From Mobula hypostoma (taxonomy: Eukaryota), in the NCBI RefSeq assembly GCF_963921235.1, contig NC_086109.1:28956001-29020000 (forward strand): a stretch of 64,000 bases of DNA, read 5' to 3'. Below the pieces are notes generated by a model. The model saw nothing but the letters and a program-made list of their open reading frames with translations. It did not search any database and was not told the DNA's origin. This document shows, piece after piece, positions 51,641 through 64,000 of the stretch (position 1 is its first letter; the number at the start of each line of letters is the position of its first letter). Position numbers and translations under genes: made by a program.

Positions 51641-51984
51641 ATCTCAGCATCTCAAACATAAGATAATGGTTTCTTGTTAAATCTATCAAAGTGAAAATGT
51701 TAGTATTCGTATAACCAAATTTAATATGCTGAAAATGAGTAACAGATCAAGAGCAACACAAAAATATTAACAAGGAGACATTTTGGTGCAAGATTAGGGT
51801 ATGGATGGTTAATGAATACAAAGCTACCACTTTGAATCTATCAGGTCTCCAGAAACAAGATATATATTTTTTTTATCTTTTAGTGTTATATTATCTTTTG
51901 TGATCTGAGCCTTCTGTGTTCCAAAGCAATTGAAGCAGGAAGAATTGTGCGGCAAAAAAAAAGCTTCAAGGTAAAAAGAATTTT

Positions 51985-52320
51985 GGGCCACAACAGCTAG
52001 AAGAGCTGCTGCCTTAAAGGTCCAGTGACTTCCGTTTGATGCTCACTTCCAGTTCTGTCCATGTAGAGTTTGTACACAATCGCTGTAACCACATGGATTT
52101 CCCCTGTGTGTTACAGTTTCCTCCTAAAGATATTGGGAACTGGCAGGTTTTGCTCACAGTAAATTAACCATAGTGTATCTGTGAGTGCTGAATGCTAGGG
52201 GGAGTTGATGGTAATGTGGTAGAATAAAACGGGATTAGTATAAAGAGGTGCTCCATGGACTTGCTGAATTTATGGATCTGTTCTCATGCTGTGAGATTCT
52301 GTGGTTCTATCTGTATGTAA
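51985..52320 (+). mobile_element. V-domain SINE
   Basis: AGAGCTGCTGCC..AGAGTTTGTACA..GGATTTCCCC..CAGTTTCCTCC; CR1-like tail. Confidence 0.65.
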
Positions 52321-53059
52321 AAGAAAGTGGCGTATTTCAAATCTAAACATTATAATCTTAATTAAATGCACAACTAACCCATAAAAATACATAACTATTA
52401 TAGAAAATTCTTTGTCAAGCACTAGAAAATGTTGGAACAACCAATAGAGACTTTTCCAAATAATTATTATATACTGCCTGTGATTATTTGGCTCTTTTAC
52501 AAGGGTGTGGAATGAATGATTGATCCATTTGCTTCCATAACCTTTCATTCAAATGCAATTTTCATTAATGCGATTAACATTGAATGTATCTCATTTCCTT
52601 ATGACTGCAAAACATATACACAAAAGTTCAAGATATATATTTATTACTCACCTATAGCTATGAAACTTGATTCTATAATAATTAATGGTAATACCTTTGA
52701 TGGACAGTGTGCTTCGGGATTATAGCAAGCACTCAGATGGTACCATTTCTGCAAGCAGAAGGCTGAACTCACAGTCCATTCATTATTCAACCAACACAGG
52801 AATGTAACCTTTCAGTATTATTATATTGCCAGGATTTTCTAACATCCCCAGTGACCTAACTATTGCATGTTCTCAAGAGCACCACAAGGATATCTCCTTT
52901 GGATTATGAAGGGCGTACTGTTGTCAATAGCTCTATTCGGAGGTGAGTTGGCCATGTAATCTTTTGAATGTAACACGTGCATATTGAAGCATGGACTAAA
53001 TTAAATGGGGAGCTCAGCTGCCATCACACTGAAGTAAATGTTTCTGAGTGTTGAATAAA

Positions 53060-53410
53060 GAACACTAAAGCACAGTACAAGCCCTTTGGCCCACAATGTT
53101 GTGACAACCTTTTAACCTACTCTAAGATCAATCTAGCCCTTCCCTCCTACATAGCCGACCATGTTTTCTATCATCCATGTGCCCATCTAAGAATTTCTTA
53201 AATGCACCCCATGTGTCTGCCTCGACCACCACCCCAACAGTGTTTTCTATGCACACATCACTCTCTGTGTAAGACATTTCCCTCTGACATCCTCCCTATA
53301 CTTCGCTCCAATCACCTTAAAATTATGCCCCTTGGTATTAGCCAATTCCGCCTTGGGAAAGTCTCTGGCTATCCACTCAAATATTTTTCCTCTTATTGTC
53401 TTGTGCACCT
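53060..53410 (-). mobile_element. CR1 3' end
   Basis: CACAGTACAAGCCCTTTGGCCCACAATGTTGTG..TCTTAAATG..CACTCTCTGTGTAA, a typical CR1 3' region. Confidence 0.65.
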
Positions 53411-53684
53411 GCATTGCAATGTTCTCTTACACAATGGCAGAGACATTTGAGGATCAGCCTGCTTCAGTCGGGGCTTTGATAGCATTTGATAGCTAACAAC
53501 ATCAAAGTGAAATATTTGATGTTCCCAAATCTTGAAGAGTCATGAAGAAATCCCCACATCAAGGGTAACCTTGTGGTTGGAATCATGATTAGCTTGAGCT
53601 GCAACCCCCCTCTACAATTAGTTTGTCCACTATTTCACACACAGTTATAATAATTTGTCCAGGATCCAGTGGATGCTACCAGGA

Positions 53685-54480
53685 TCAGTTTATTATCACT
53701 TACAAGTGTCATGAAATTCATAGTTTTGCGGCAGCAGTACAGTGAAATATTTTTAAATTACTATAAATTACACATGGAGTGACTTCGCTACTAAGCCCGG
53801 CAGAGCCGTTTCTACTGATAGGAGAAGGGGCAAGGGCAGGTTACTGGCACATTAAAACCAGCCACATGGTTGGCAGCTCATCTACGAGAAGGAAAACTCT
53901 GATCTCAGTCCTCTGCTGCCTTGCGGCTGTACCCACACATGGGGAAGGCTTTGGGAGTAAACTGCGAGGAAAAAATCCGGAGCTGGAATCCCTAAGGTAG
54001 ACCTACAGTGATTTCAACGCTGACTGGCAACTCCTGCGATGCTTTTGGTGCCAAACTGTATCGGCCTCTGCTACTCCTTTGGGTTCATCAGCTGCATGGG
54101 GGTGGGGGTGTTGCTGCATGGGCAACAGCTTGCTCTCCATATTGTATTGCCCAGCTGGGACACAATATTGATGGTCAACTCTGACCGACAGAAGCCCTTA
54201 TTATAAATTACAATGTGAATATATATTTAAAAAGTGCAAAAAGAAAGCAAAATAATAAGGCGGTGTTCAGGGGTTCCTGAAATCGGATGGCAGAGTGGAT
54301 GAAGCTGTTCATAAAATGCTGCACCTCTTTCCCGATGGTAGTAATGAGAACAGGGCAAGTCCTGAATGGTGACTGTCCTTCCTGATGGACACCACCTTCT
54401 CGAGACGTTGCCTTTTGAAGATGCCCTTGATGATTGGGAAGCTGAAGTCTATGATAGAGCTGGCTGAGTTTACAACCCTG
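53685..54480 (-). mobile_element. Rex1 3' fragment split by an insertion
   Basis: TTTATTATCACT..GAAATT..GCGGCAGCAGTACAGTG resumes at 54213; SIRKDSHHSGLALFSLLPSGKR. Confidence 0.75.
53773..54201 (+). mobile_element. Short non-tRNA retroposon, probably RTE-derived
   Basis: TSD TATAAATTACA (53762-53772, 54202-54212); GAGAAGGAAAACTCTGAT motif recalled from RTE 5' UTRs. Confidence 0.6.
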
Positions 54481-54607
54481 CGCATACAACAATAATATGC
54501 ACCAAACATATGTTGAGGGATCCAAAGCCTCAGGGGAGAGAGAAGGAACATTGGAAAATATGGCATATTGCTTTATCAATTTAGTTTCACCCAGCCGTAT
54601 GACATTG

Positions 54608-54850
54608 GAGCGGCATGGTAACATAGCGGTTCGTATAATACTATGACAGCGGCAGTGTCCCAGGTTCAATTCCGGTTTCTGTCTGTAAGGAGTCTGTATG
54701 TTCTTCCTGTGATCATGCGGGTGTCCTCCCACATTCCAAAGATGTAAAGGTTAGTAGGTTAATTGGTCACCAGATTATAAAGAGCCGACGCAGGCTCATT
54801 GGGTTGCCAGGGCCTGTAACGCGGCTGTATCATTAAATACTTATGAATAA
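54608..54850 (+). mobile_element. V-domain tRNA SINE
   Basis: GAGCGGCATGGTA.. head, B box GGTTCAATTCC, CCTCCCACATTCCAAAGATGT. Confidence 0.78.
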
Positions 54851-56214
54851 AAAATAAAATTGTATCCGTGCCCTTGTCAAGGAACTACTCTGTTAATATT
54901 ACAGAAATGGAAATCTATTTTTATTAACTTTTTCATTGTTACTGTATCTTTAACTATTTGTCACTTTAAAGAATAAAAAGATCTTTCCTGTCAGTTATCA
55001 AATGATGATGCAAATCAAGTGGATAAAACTTTAGTATTAGGGGAAAAGACTTTGTGCCTTTACACAGAGAGGCTGAGAGATTTTTTTCAGCTTTTCCGCC
55101 CACCTCTGACGTCAGCTGTTATCTCGGTCTTGCCGACAATTTCCTTCAGCAGAAAACTGACATCAATAAAGGGGAATCTGTCAGAGGATGAGTAGCCAAT
55201 ATGGGTATTACTGAATTTACAGGAACCTTGCTGGCAGGCTACCAAGAAAATATAGACAAATCATACAGGAATTTCTGAGATCTATTTTGCATTTACCATT
55301 ACACTGTGAGATGGAAATCGATACTTCTATACAGCAAACTTGCAGTTTTGATGATCTTTCAGTCTGCCAGCATAGCTGTTTTAATAAATGTTGATAAATA
55401 TATATGTAAGAATTACACCTTTTTCTGTTGGAAGAAGAAAAACTAACTCAAATGAGCAAAGGGCAGTGGAAACAAACAAATCAATGTTGAATGGAGATCC
55501 CCATTTTGTAAAGCTTTAATTAATTAGTTAAGAGTTATGTAGTGAATTGCCTAAACTAGATCAGTTGATAATAGATCAACAATTCCACACTGCATTTTTA
55601 CTTCAGGGTTAAGCAATTGTTGACTGTAACTGGGTTACAACAGATGAATGTAAAAAAAAAGACAATCTATTTGCATCCTCTTCCTTGTATTTCTTTCAGT
55701 ATTTATAAGGCTTCAATCCCAGGCCAAATTTAAAGACATATGGTTGATACTGCCATCTGAGGCAAGCTTTCACTCTCAAACTCAGCAAACCAAATGTCTT
55801 GATAGATTATGGTAGGTTTCAGCATTGTGGAAGAGATGTTATCCACAGTTGCGATTATTCTTGTATTATTGATAACCTTATCATGACATACACATTCCTG
55901 TGTGATTCTATCAGTTGTGTTTCATTTACTTTTTAAACGAAGGAATGAATGATTGACAGTCCTCTCAGAGAATTGTGGATAATGTGATTGCAGTGTGCAT
56001 ACATACTAAGTACTTCAGCATAAATGCTGTGTTCTTTTCTTTCAAATAATCCAACATAATCATCTGAGATCAATAGGAATAAATGAGGAAATGTATATAT
56101 TTTTACCAGCCACTTTTTGGCTCACTTCCCCCAGTGTCTCTTTTCCTAAGGGCAGGGATTCCATATTGTGGTGGGAATTCTATGGCTATTGACAAATTCC
56201 ATTCTTCCCAAGCA

Positions 56215-56530
56215 TACGTAGAATGAGAAGAGACATGACAGGTGTTCAAAATCATTAAAGGTATAAGTAAGGTGGATGTCAGCTGCCACTTCAAAATTAA
56301 TCCATCGTTAAGGACAAGGGGCCATAGGTGGAGACTGGTTAAAGGGAGATTTCAGACTAACATCATGAAGCACTTCTTTACACACTGAGTTGAGGGCATG
56401 TGGAACAAACTACCTAGCTGTGTAGTTGAGAGTAGCACCTTAGAGACATTCAAATCTAAACTCAATAGTTATTTCAACACACGACATGAATAGGAATTTG
56501 GCAAGTGATGTTGGGCCAAATGATCTCAAA
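56215..56530 (+). mobile_element. CR1-like 3' fragment
   Basis: RMRRDMTGVQNH..RTRGHRWRL..WNKLP. Confidence 0.7.
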
Positions 56531-56714
56531 AACTTTCTAATGTTCCAATATTCTTCCTCTGTATGAATATTGACCATTAGTATTGACAGGACATTACATA
56601 CAGCATCACAGTAACATGGAAGTTGTCCTTCATTAGATACCAAGGTTATTGAATGGGAACTGTAGGCACTTAGATCTCACTCTGAAAGCTTGATCATTTG
56701 ATTGAGACAGAGAC

Positions 56715-57070
56715 AGAATCAGAATCAGGTTTAGTATCACCAGCATAAGTCATGGAATTTGTTGTCTTTGCAGTGGCAGAACAATGAAATACAGAATAAT
56801 AGAGTAAACATGGATTACAGTAACTATACACATATTAAATAGTTAAATTATATAAGTAGTGCAAAAATAGAAATAAAAAAACAATGAGGTACTGCTCATG
56901 GGTTCAGATGGCAGAGGGGAAGAAGCTGTTTCTGAATCGTTGAGTGTGTGCCTTCAGGCTTCTGTACCTCCTACTTGATGGTAGCAATGAGAATAAGGCA
57001 TGACCTGAGTGATTTGGGTCCTTAATGATGGATGCAGCCTTTTTGAGGCATTGCTTCTTGAAGCATTGAG
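56715..57070 (-). mobile_element. Rex1 3' fragment with (CTGATT)n tail
   Basis: AGAATCAGAATCAGGTTT..GGCAGAGGGGAAGAAGCTGTT..GCCTTCAGGCTTCTGTACCTCC. Confidence 0.8.
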
Positions 57071-57834
57071 TTACAGTTCTCTAGTGAGAAGGAGAAACCC
57101 GACAGAAAAGAAATGGGGTGGTGTTGCGACTCAACCTGGACTTCTCCCCCATTTGTTAGGGATTGAGGCTCATAGTAATTACTGCAATTGGAAGAGCAAA
57201 GGTCAAAGCTTGGATAACTTTGGACAGTATTGGTAAATTTCACAATATCTTTGCAAGCTGAACCCTTGGAGGAGCCTCTGAAATAAACTTCAACAGAATA
57301 AGACGTAGGACTTCATTGTGAAGAGAGCCGAGCAGCATTCTTGTTTGCACATTATGCAACTGCCAGAAGTTGTTATCGATTATGGTCTAAATATTTCCCT
57401 TTCTTAAAGTTTTTTTACTTCCCTTGTGAAGGGTTCTAACTATAGAAGATCTATACTTATAGAAAGGAAGTTCTACAGTGATACGACAAGCATTACTGAC
57501 TGTGAGGATTCATAGAAACAATGAGAAAAGATACGTAAATATTCTGATAAGGGAGTAAATAAATGTTATGTAACCACAGTTCAAGTTCTTGATTACCAGG
57601 CTACAGTCATGTCAACGTATCAGGGTAACTGAGATGCTTAATGAGATAAGCATTTGTTTATTTGTATGTTTGCTGCTTAGTTTTCTCCAGCGTTTGCAGA
57701 GGAGGGCAATGAGCTCTAATTCCAGGATCACTATATCTAACACAATCAACAGGACTGAAATTCCTTCAAATGATCCCCATCTTCCAATGGACTCTTGAAT
57801 GTACAAGATCAAGGATCAGGGATTAATAATTAAG

Positions 57835-58290
57835 GGTGCAAGAGATTCTGCAGATGCTGAAAATACAGGGCAGCACGCATAAAATGATGGAGGAACTCAG
57901 CAGGTCAGGCAGCAACTACGTACAGATTGAACAGTCGACACTTCAAGCGGAGACCCTTCACCAGGACTGGAAGAGAAGGGGAAGAATCCAGAATAAGAAA
58001 GTGGAGGAAGAGAAAGGAGTACAGGCTGAAAGGTGATGGGTGAAACCATATGATTGTGGGGGGCGGGGGGATGAAGTATGAAACTGTGAAGTGATTGGTG
58101 GAAAAGATAAAGGACTGAAGAAAAGGGAATCTGATAGGAGAGGAGTGTGGACTATGGGAGACAGGGAAAGAGGAGAGCCCCAATGGAGAGGTGACAAACT
58201 GTTGAGGAGATGAGAAGAGGTAAGAGGGAACCAGAGTGGGGAATGGAAGAAGAAAGGGAGAGGGGAGAAATTATCAGATATTAGAGAATT
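57835..58290 (-). mobile_element. PLE pLTR
   Basis: AGATTCTGCAGATGCTG..GGAGGAACTCAGCAGG..CAGTCGACACTTC..GACCCTTCACCAGGACTG. Confidence 0.85.
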
Positions 58291-58304
58291 GTGGAGGGCC
58301 AACA

Positions 58305-58517
58305 TGCTCAGCAACAGCTTCTTCCACCAGGTCATCAGACTAATTAATTCACACTGACAATATTATATTTCTATGCTATATTGACTGTCCTGTTGTACAT
58401 ACTATTTATTACAAATTATTATAAATTGCACATTGCACATTTAGATGGATACGTAACATAAAGATTTTTACTCCTCATGTATGTGAAGGATGTAAGAAAT
58501 AAAGTCAATTCAATTCA
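58305..58517 (+). mobile_element. Rex1 3' end, same subfamily as 14138-15537
   Basis: Matches 15347-15537 including GATTTTTACTCCTCATGTATGTGAAGGATGTAAGAAATAAAGTCAATTCAATTCA. Confidence 0.88.
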
Positions 58518-60779
58518 TTTTGATTAAGGAACAGGGGCTAGCTTCATTGGCCAGATACAGTAGGTACATTTACTGGTATTAGGAATTTGCTGTGGTGTGA
58601 CATGCAACAAAAATCATTCAAAAGTTATAAAAAATTACATAAAAATAAATTAGAGGTGAAAGTATGGATAGGGATTAAATGTGTATACATACATAAGTAC
58701 CAGCTTGTACGGTTGAGTGTGAAACCCAGTTACCTTATCAGTCAGTAATGCACTGACTTAGTAAAAGTTTTTGAGTTTATATTAGCCTAACAAACTCCTA
58801 TTATAATAATATCTGATGGTGTAGTGGACTTATTTCTATGTGGCATGAGGTCCAAACGTGAAGGATATAATCTTTATAATTCATAGTGGCAGCAAGATTT
58901 ACGAACTTCGAAAGAGTGCATCATTGGGTACTATTGATGAAGTCACCAACAGGAATTCATATTCACTTGGAGTATCAATAAAAGATGGCTAAGGTCTGGG
59001 GAAGAGATGGGGGAGGCATTGAGAAATAGTGGAGATGTTTTGAAAGTTGGTTCATGTTAGAGACAGAGATTACAGTAGAGTAAATGTCGGGAATGGAAAA
59101 GGAAAGCTGGAGCAACAGAGCAGAAATAATGGCACCAAGCCAAGTTAATAACTCTGTGCTCTACAGAAAAATGTCTTTGCCACTGACCGCATTGCTCAGT
59201 AGTTCTTAGTTTGGTTCGGGTGTCTCCAACTATTGAGAACATTTCTATTGCACTTTTCATAACCCCAGTAGGTCAAGCGCTCTTTGCAGCCTATCGAATA
59301 TTTTAACAAGTATTCATTGTAATTCTAATTCCGAGGAAACACTGCACTAGACAATTCTGGTGAAAAAAGTGCAATTCCAGGCTGACTCCGTTTCAGGTTC
59401 CCAGTTCAGATTTGTCCATTCACACAATATTAGAAACAGGTGAGAAGAGGGGAGAAATATCAACAGCAAAGATGGGTGAGGCTGTCTGAACCTTAGGTGA
59501 TAATTTTGTTAAATGTATTAGCTCAAATATGAATTCCCTGTCTTTAATAAAAGGAAAAACAACATTTCCGGCCTCATGATTTTTCATAGCAAAATAATAA
59601 AAGGATGCACTAAAAAAATTGTTTTGCACTATGCCGTTTATCAAGTGCCTCAAAAATGTGTCAACAATAGAATACAAAGGAGGTAGTTAGTGGGTGAAAA
59701 ATTGGAGGATATCTACATTCACTTAATTAAAATAAACAGATGTTTGTTGGTTAAGTGTACACTGCCACGGCACGATGACAGTGATGCAGTGCCTAGTTCA
59801 TTAATCTAGGCACAGCTGTTTACTGATTTGAGTGCCTAGATTTATAAATCCCACCAGAGTTTAAACTATGCTCTCTGTAGATGTACTTTACATGTATTCC
59901 ATCAGGCAAGCCATATGCAAGATGTTTACATTATGGCACTTCCCAAAATATCATTCTATTCTTTATCTTCTTTTCACTTTGTATCATATGAAATTAAATC
60001 CTTCAAAAGCCAGGGTATAACTCACTGGATGCATGGTTTCTTAATGGTCCAACATGCTGTTATAGAATATTAGAATAGAGCAGGATATGAAACAAATTAT
60101 CTACCTTAAATTGTCAGAAGCAGAAGAGAGCATAGAAAGAAAAGCTCTAATTGATCACTTCAGGCCAGTCTTAGCTGACATTTAAAGGATGTACTCAGCA
60201 CACTTGGAACTCAGCCGTTTGAGAACTGCGCACCATCTTCTAATGAGCCCAAGCTCACGCCACAGTATTTCAGTATTTCAAAGAAACAACATTAAAGTAC
60301 AAATGCTTATCATTCTGAATGTAAGTCATGAAGCTGTCGTGAATTTTAAAATCCTAGCAATGGTTAGACCTGTGTCCTGTAATGCTCCTGTAATTCCTTA
60401 GGTCATAAACAGAAAATATCGTGAATAAAACTTAATTCTTTTTTCAATTAGCCATATCATTTTGAATATATTTAAAGTAAAGTGGATAAAAATAACTAAT
60501 AATTATTTTATATGTAACTCATTCTCACACATCACATCATGTATTTTTTTTAAAGAAATTTACTAACGATGATAATGCATCTTAATGCACTACTCCAAAG
60601 CTGTCAGTCACAAGACATGTGAAGGAAAACCAGCCATTTATCATTTTCTGAACATTTGTGAAAGAGGTTGAAGGATCATTGTTCCTAAGTGGTAGCTGTT
60701 TATTTAATGACCATTACACTTGGAAAAGTTGCTTTACACTTTTAATGCAGCATGCAAAACAATAACAGTATGTGGTAGG

Positions 60780-61640
60780 CCCTGAAGAGTGCAGCTGAAC
60801 AGAGACATTGGGCACATGTCCATAGTTCCATGAACATGGTGGAGAAGGCATTTGGCCTTCATCGGCAATGGTATCGAACATAAGAACTGGGTTGAAACTT
60901 AACAAAACACAGACTAGACAGCACTTGGAGTATTGTGTTCTGTTGTCACCACACACACTAGAAAGGATGCCAGTGTGCCTGAAAGCTGCAGAGGGGATTC
61001 AGTATAAAATTATGAAGTAGATGAAGTGATAGACAGTCACAGAGAGATGCAACACAGAGACAGGCCTTTTAGCCCAACAATTCTGTGGCAACAATCCACC
61101 ATCATTTACACTAGTCATACATTAATCCCTTTTTAAAAATTCTCTTCACATTCTCATCAATGCCTCCCCTCGTTTCTACCACTCACCTAAACCCAAGAAG
61201 CAATTTATACCGGGAAATCAGTCTACCAACTTGCATATCTTTTAGACATGCAAGGAAACTGGAAACCAATATGGTCAACACAAGAACGTGTAAACTCCAC
61301 ACAGGAGACATCCGAGGTCAGGATTGAACCCTGATCTCCGGTGCTGTGAGATAGTGGATGCAATCATTATAGTCAGAGTCTTTTACCCACACTAGGGAGG
61401 GAGGAAATTTAAACAAGATCTGAGGGGAAAGATTTCCGTACAGGGAGTGGTTGGTGTCTGAAACGCATTGCCTGAGGAGGTAGTTGAGGTAGATACCATC
61501 ACAATATTTAAGAGGTATTTGAACAGGCACTGGAAGGGCAAAGCAGAGAAGGATTTGGACTACATATAGACAAGTGGGATTAGCAATGATGGGCACAACA
61601 GTCAACATGGGAGGCCAGTTTCTGCACTGTATTCCAAAAT
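60780..61640 (+). mobile_element. Degenerate CR1 3' region with a nested minus-strand V-SINE (~61050-61365)
   Basis: GGCATTTGGCCTTCATC..CACTTGGAGTATTGTGTTC..; GGAAATTTAAACAAGATCTGAGGGG..GCCTGAGGAGGTAGTTGAGG. Confidence 0.65.
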
Positions 61641-62575
61641 GCTAGTATGACATTAAAATTATTCCATTGGTTGTGCATCTTGCGTTTTGCTCTTTTGGTG
61701 CAGATGTGATGATAAAGAGTGACGTAAGGTCACCACTGGTATCTTTGATGTCCTCAGGAAGTAAACACTGTACACAATTTAATTTCCAACTGATACTTTG
61801 TGACGAGCAAAACTAATCATTTTAATTCTGTAACATTGAAACTACATAGGGAAAGATGGATATTATTGTTATTAACACATTGTTAGAAGTGTATCCCTGC
61901 CACTTAAGGCACAGATCTGTCTTGTCACTTAACCTTCTGGTGCCATCTCTCAACACTACAACAAAAGGTGTATTTTTTTGAGCATCCGGCTTTTGGAACA
62001 GATGCCAACATTGAATATTCAAAGAGGGTTCTGTTATTTAGGATATGCTGCCATTATAAATACGTAATTCTGTAAATTTAACTGACTATATTCCAAATGT
62101 TAATCTTAAGTAGGTGCTTATAGCAACTGTAGTTAATCGTTCATTGTTATCTTTGTGATGAAGAAGTATAAAGCATTGTGTAAGGAGAGTGAGATACTCC
62201 TGGACTCTCTCTCTGTCTCTGTCCTGGAAGTTTGTTGTGTGATCTAACCCTTTTATATTTCCCAGTTACAGTTTCACTGTAGCTCAGTTTTGGTCAGTCA
62301 CAACAGTAAGCATGATATCTGATAGTCATGTGATACTTTCAATGTCTCTAGCAACATTGAATCTTGAATGCCAGATACTTTCTTTATAACTTAACATGGT
62401 CTGTTGTTCCTCGTTCTTGACGAGCAATCAAAACGCATCCAGTTTATCAGCTTATCCGCCCACTATTCTTTCGAATCTTCATTGAAATGAGTGCTATGTA
62501 TGCAATGTTTGAAGCCTATTGTTCTGCCAATAATTTGAGAATTTCCTTTTCATTCCTCCATATCATGTTTCAAAT

Positions 62576-62712
62576 CATAAACATGATGCTGGAAATCAAA
62601 AGCAACACACAGAAAAGTACTGGAGAAACTCAACAGGTCAGTCAAAACTATGGAAATGAATAAACAGTGAACATTTCTGGCCAAGGCCCTTCTGTAGGTG
62701 TGTGTGTTGCTC
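62576..62712. mobile_element. PLE pLTR with short inverted arm
   Basis: Minus arm ending ..CCCTTCTGTAGG, then TGTGTGTGTTGCT; perfect TSD CATGTTTCAAAT (62564-62575, 62713-62724). Confidence 0.8.
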
Positions 62713-63163
62713 CATGTTTCAAATGATTGGATGATTTTACCTTCATGAGTATACTTTGTAGTGTTAGGGCATAATCTGGAGTTATGTGAATATAGTAATA
62801 CAAAAACAAGAACTAGCCTTCTGTTTTTTAATGCAAAATGTTAGTTGCAAGCAATAAATTGAAGCTAAGAGCACACCTCTGCAAATTAGCAATACTGTCT
62901 GTATGAGGAATGGTTTGCAAAATGGGGACCATGCAATGTTTGCCTATGCATCAGCCAAATGTTAAGACAATGGGGTTGTGTTAATTGGCCTACATGAATC
63001 CATACAACTATAGCTTTCATCTGGCTCTCTTTCAACAGATGCTTCTAGAAAATCTGTGTTAATTAGTTTCTTCCCATTCAAAGATGTTTGGATCTTCAGA
63101 GGTATCTTATCAACCACAAAGTGCTTCTGCTGTAAATATGTACTGTACCACAAAGGAACCATT

Positions 63164-63394
63164 TGTCAAGCTAAAATATTGAGGTAAACAATGTCATTGT
63201 AACTATTGAAATTATGTTGTATCATGTACTGTTACCTTTGATCTTCAGAATGTAAAAATCATAATGTACTTTTAGGTCTGTGAGCCTCTACTGAGAGTAT
63301 TTCCATGAGAGTGCCTGTTTGTTGTGCTGAATAAAGATGCCCTTATCACCAGTTTCATTCAGTGACTTTCTGGTGACTTTCATCACAGTTACAA
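63164..63394. mobile_element. Probable degenerate solo LTR, same family as 30551-30769
   Basis: Colinear similarity to 30551-30769. Confidence 0.55.
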
Positions 63395-63539
63395 TGTCTG
63401 GGAGCTTGTTTGGGATGCGTTTATGACCCACAGTGTGGCTAGTGACTTCAGCAGAGGTGAGTATTTTTTTTAAGAGTAGCATTCCCACCTAGATCTCTTT
63501 AGGTCAACGACCAAGGGATCTTTGATGGTTGTCTCTCAG

Positions 63540-64000
63540 GGTCTGAGAAAGACTAAACATTGTGCAGTCATCTGTGGATAGGCATGTGTCTTCGGAGGCC
63601 GAAGGCCGAAGCACACATGCGGTTGTAGGTTGGACATGGTATGGCAGTTGTTAGAACAGGTGCATACACAGCTTTGTGGCATCGATCTCATACCGCTGCA
63701 AGGCGCTGATTTCGGTCATCCTCAAAGTCAGATGCAGCTTTTCTGGCCAGGGCCCGCCACGCAGCCCTGTTGGCTGCCGACTCCTCAAGTTGTCAAGGCT
63801 GGAGGTCTGCCCATTTGATGTACGATTTCAAATTGTTTTTGAATCTTTTTTTGGAGCGGCCCTGATTGTGACTGCCATTCTCAAGCTCACCGTAGAGCAG
63901 CTGCCTGGGGATTCTTGTTTCACTCAGCGGATTACATGGCTAGTCCAGCAGAGCTGGGCCTGGAGGATCCTTGCCTCAATGCTTGTGCTGTTGGCTCTGT
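63540..64000 (-). mobile_element. RTE-clade LINE 3' end, runs off the window
   Basis: SIEARILQAQLCWTSHVIR..RIPRQLLYGEL..QGRSKKRFK; C-terminal CASAFGLRRHMPIHR*. Confidence 0.85.

Noticed and set aside
54015..54060. HDV-like ribozyme in the RTE-like element (TCCTGCG loop)
   Set aside because: P3 and P1 pairings could not be built by eye.
1..64000. CRISPR arrays, operons, rRNA genes
   Set aside because: No regular repeat-spacer array, no dense coding and no rRNA signature; the sequence is vertebrate-like.

Overview
Eukaryotic, AT-rich, gene-poor DNA dominated by transposable elements. The repeat mix (CR1, Rex1/Babar, V-domain tRNA SINEs, Neptune-type Penelope-like elements (PLEs), R4/Dong-like, HERO-like, RTE, Tc1 derivatives) suggests an intron or intergenic region of a cartilaginous fish; that is inference only. 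No host gene could be identified with confidence, and almost all listed ORFs are TE fragments or chance ORFs. The most striking structure is a recurrent family of PLE-derived insertions carrying a minimal type I hammerhead ribozyme (CUGANGA..GAAACGUC). At least nine are built as two inverted pLTR arms, most flanked by 11-14 bp target-site duplications (TSDs), with one arm carrying an extra ~35-40 nt tail. The middle ranges from 1 nt (a pure palindrome) to PLE coding sequence to ~650 bp of unrelated older genomic DNA. Many arms break at the same point, the CCTGA start of the ribozyme core. Family names come from recognised motifs, not database searches. Boundaries of degenerate repeats are approximate.
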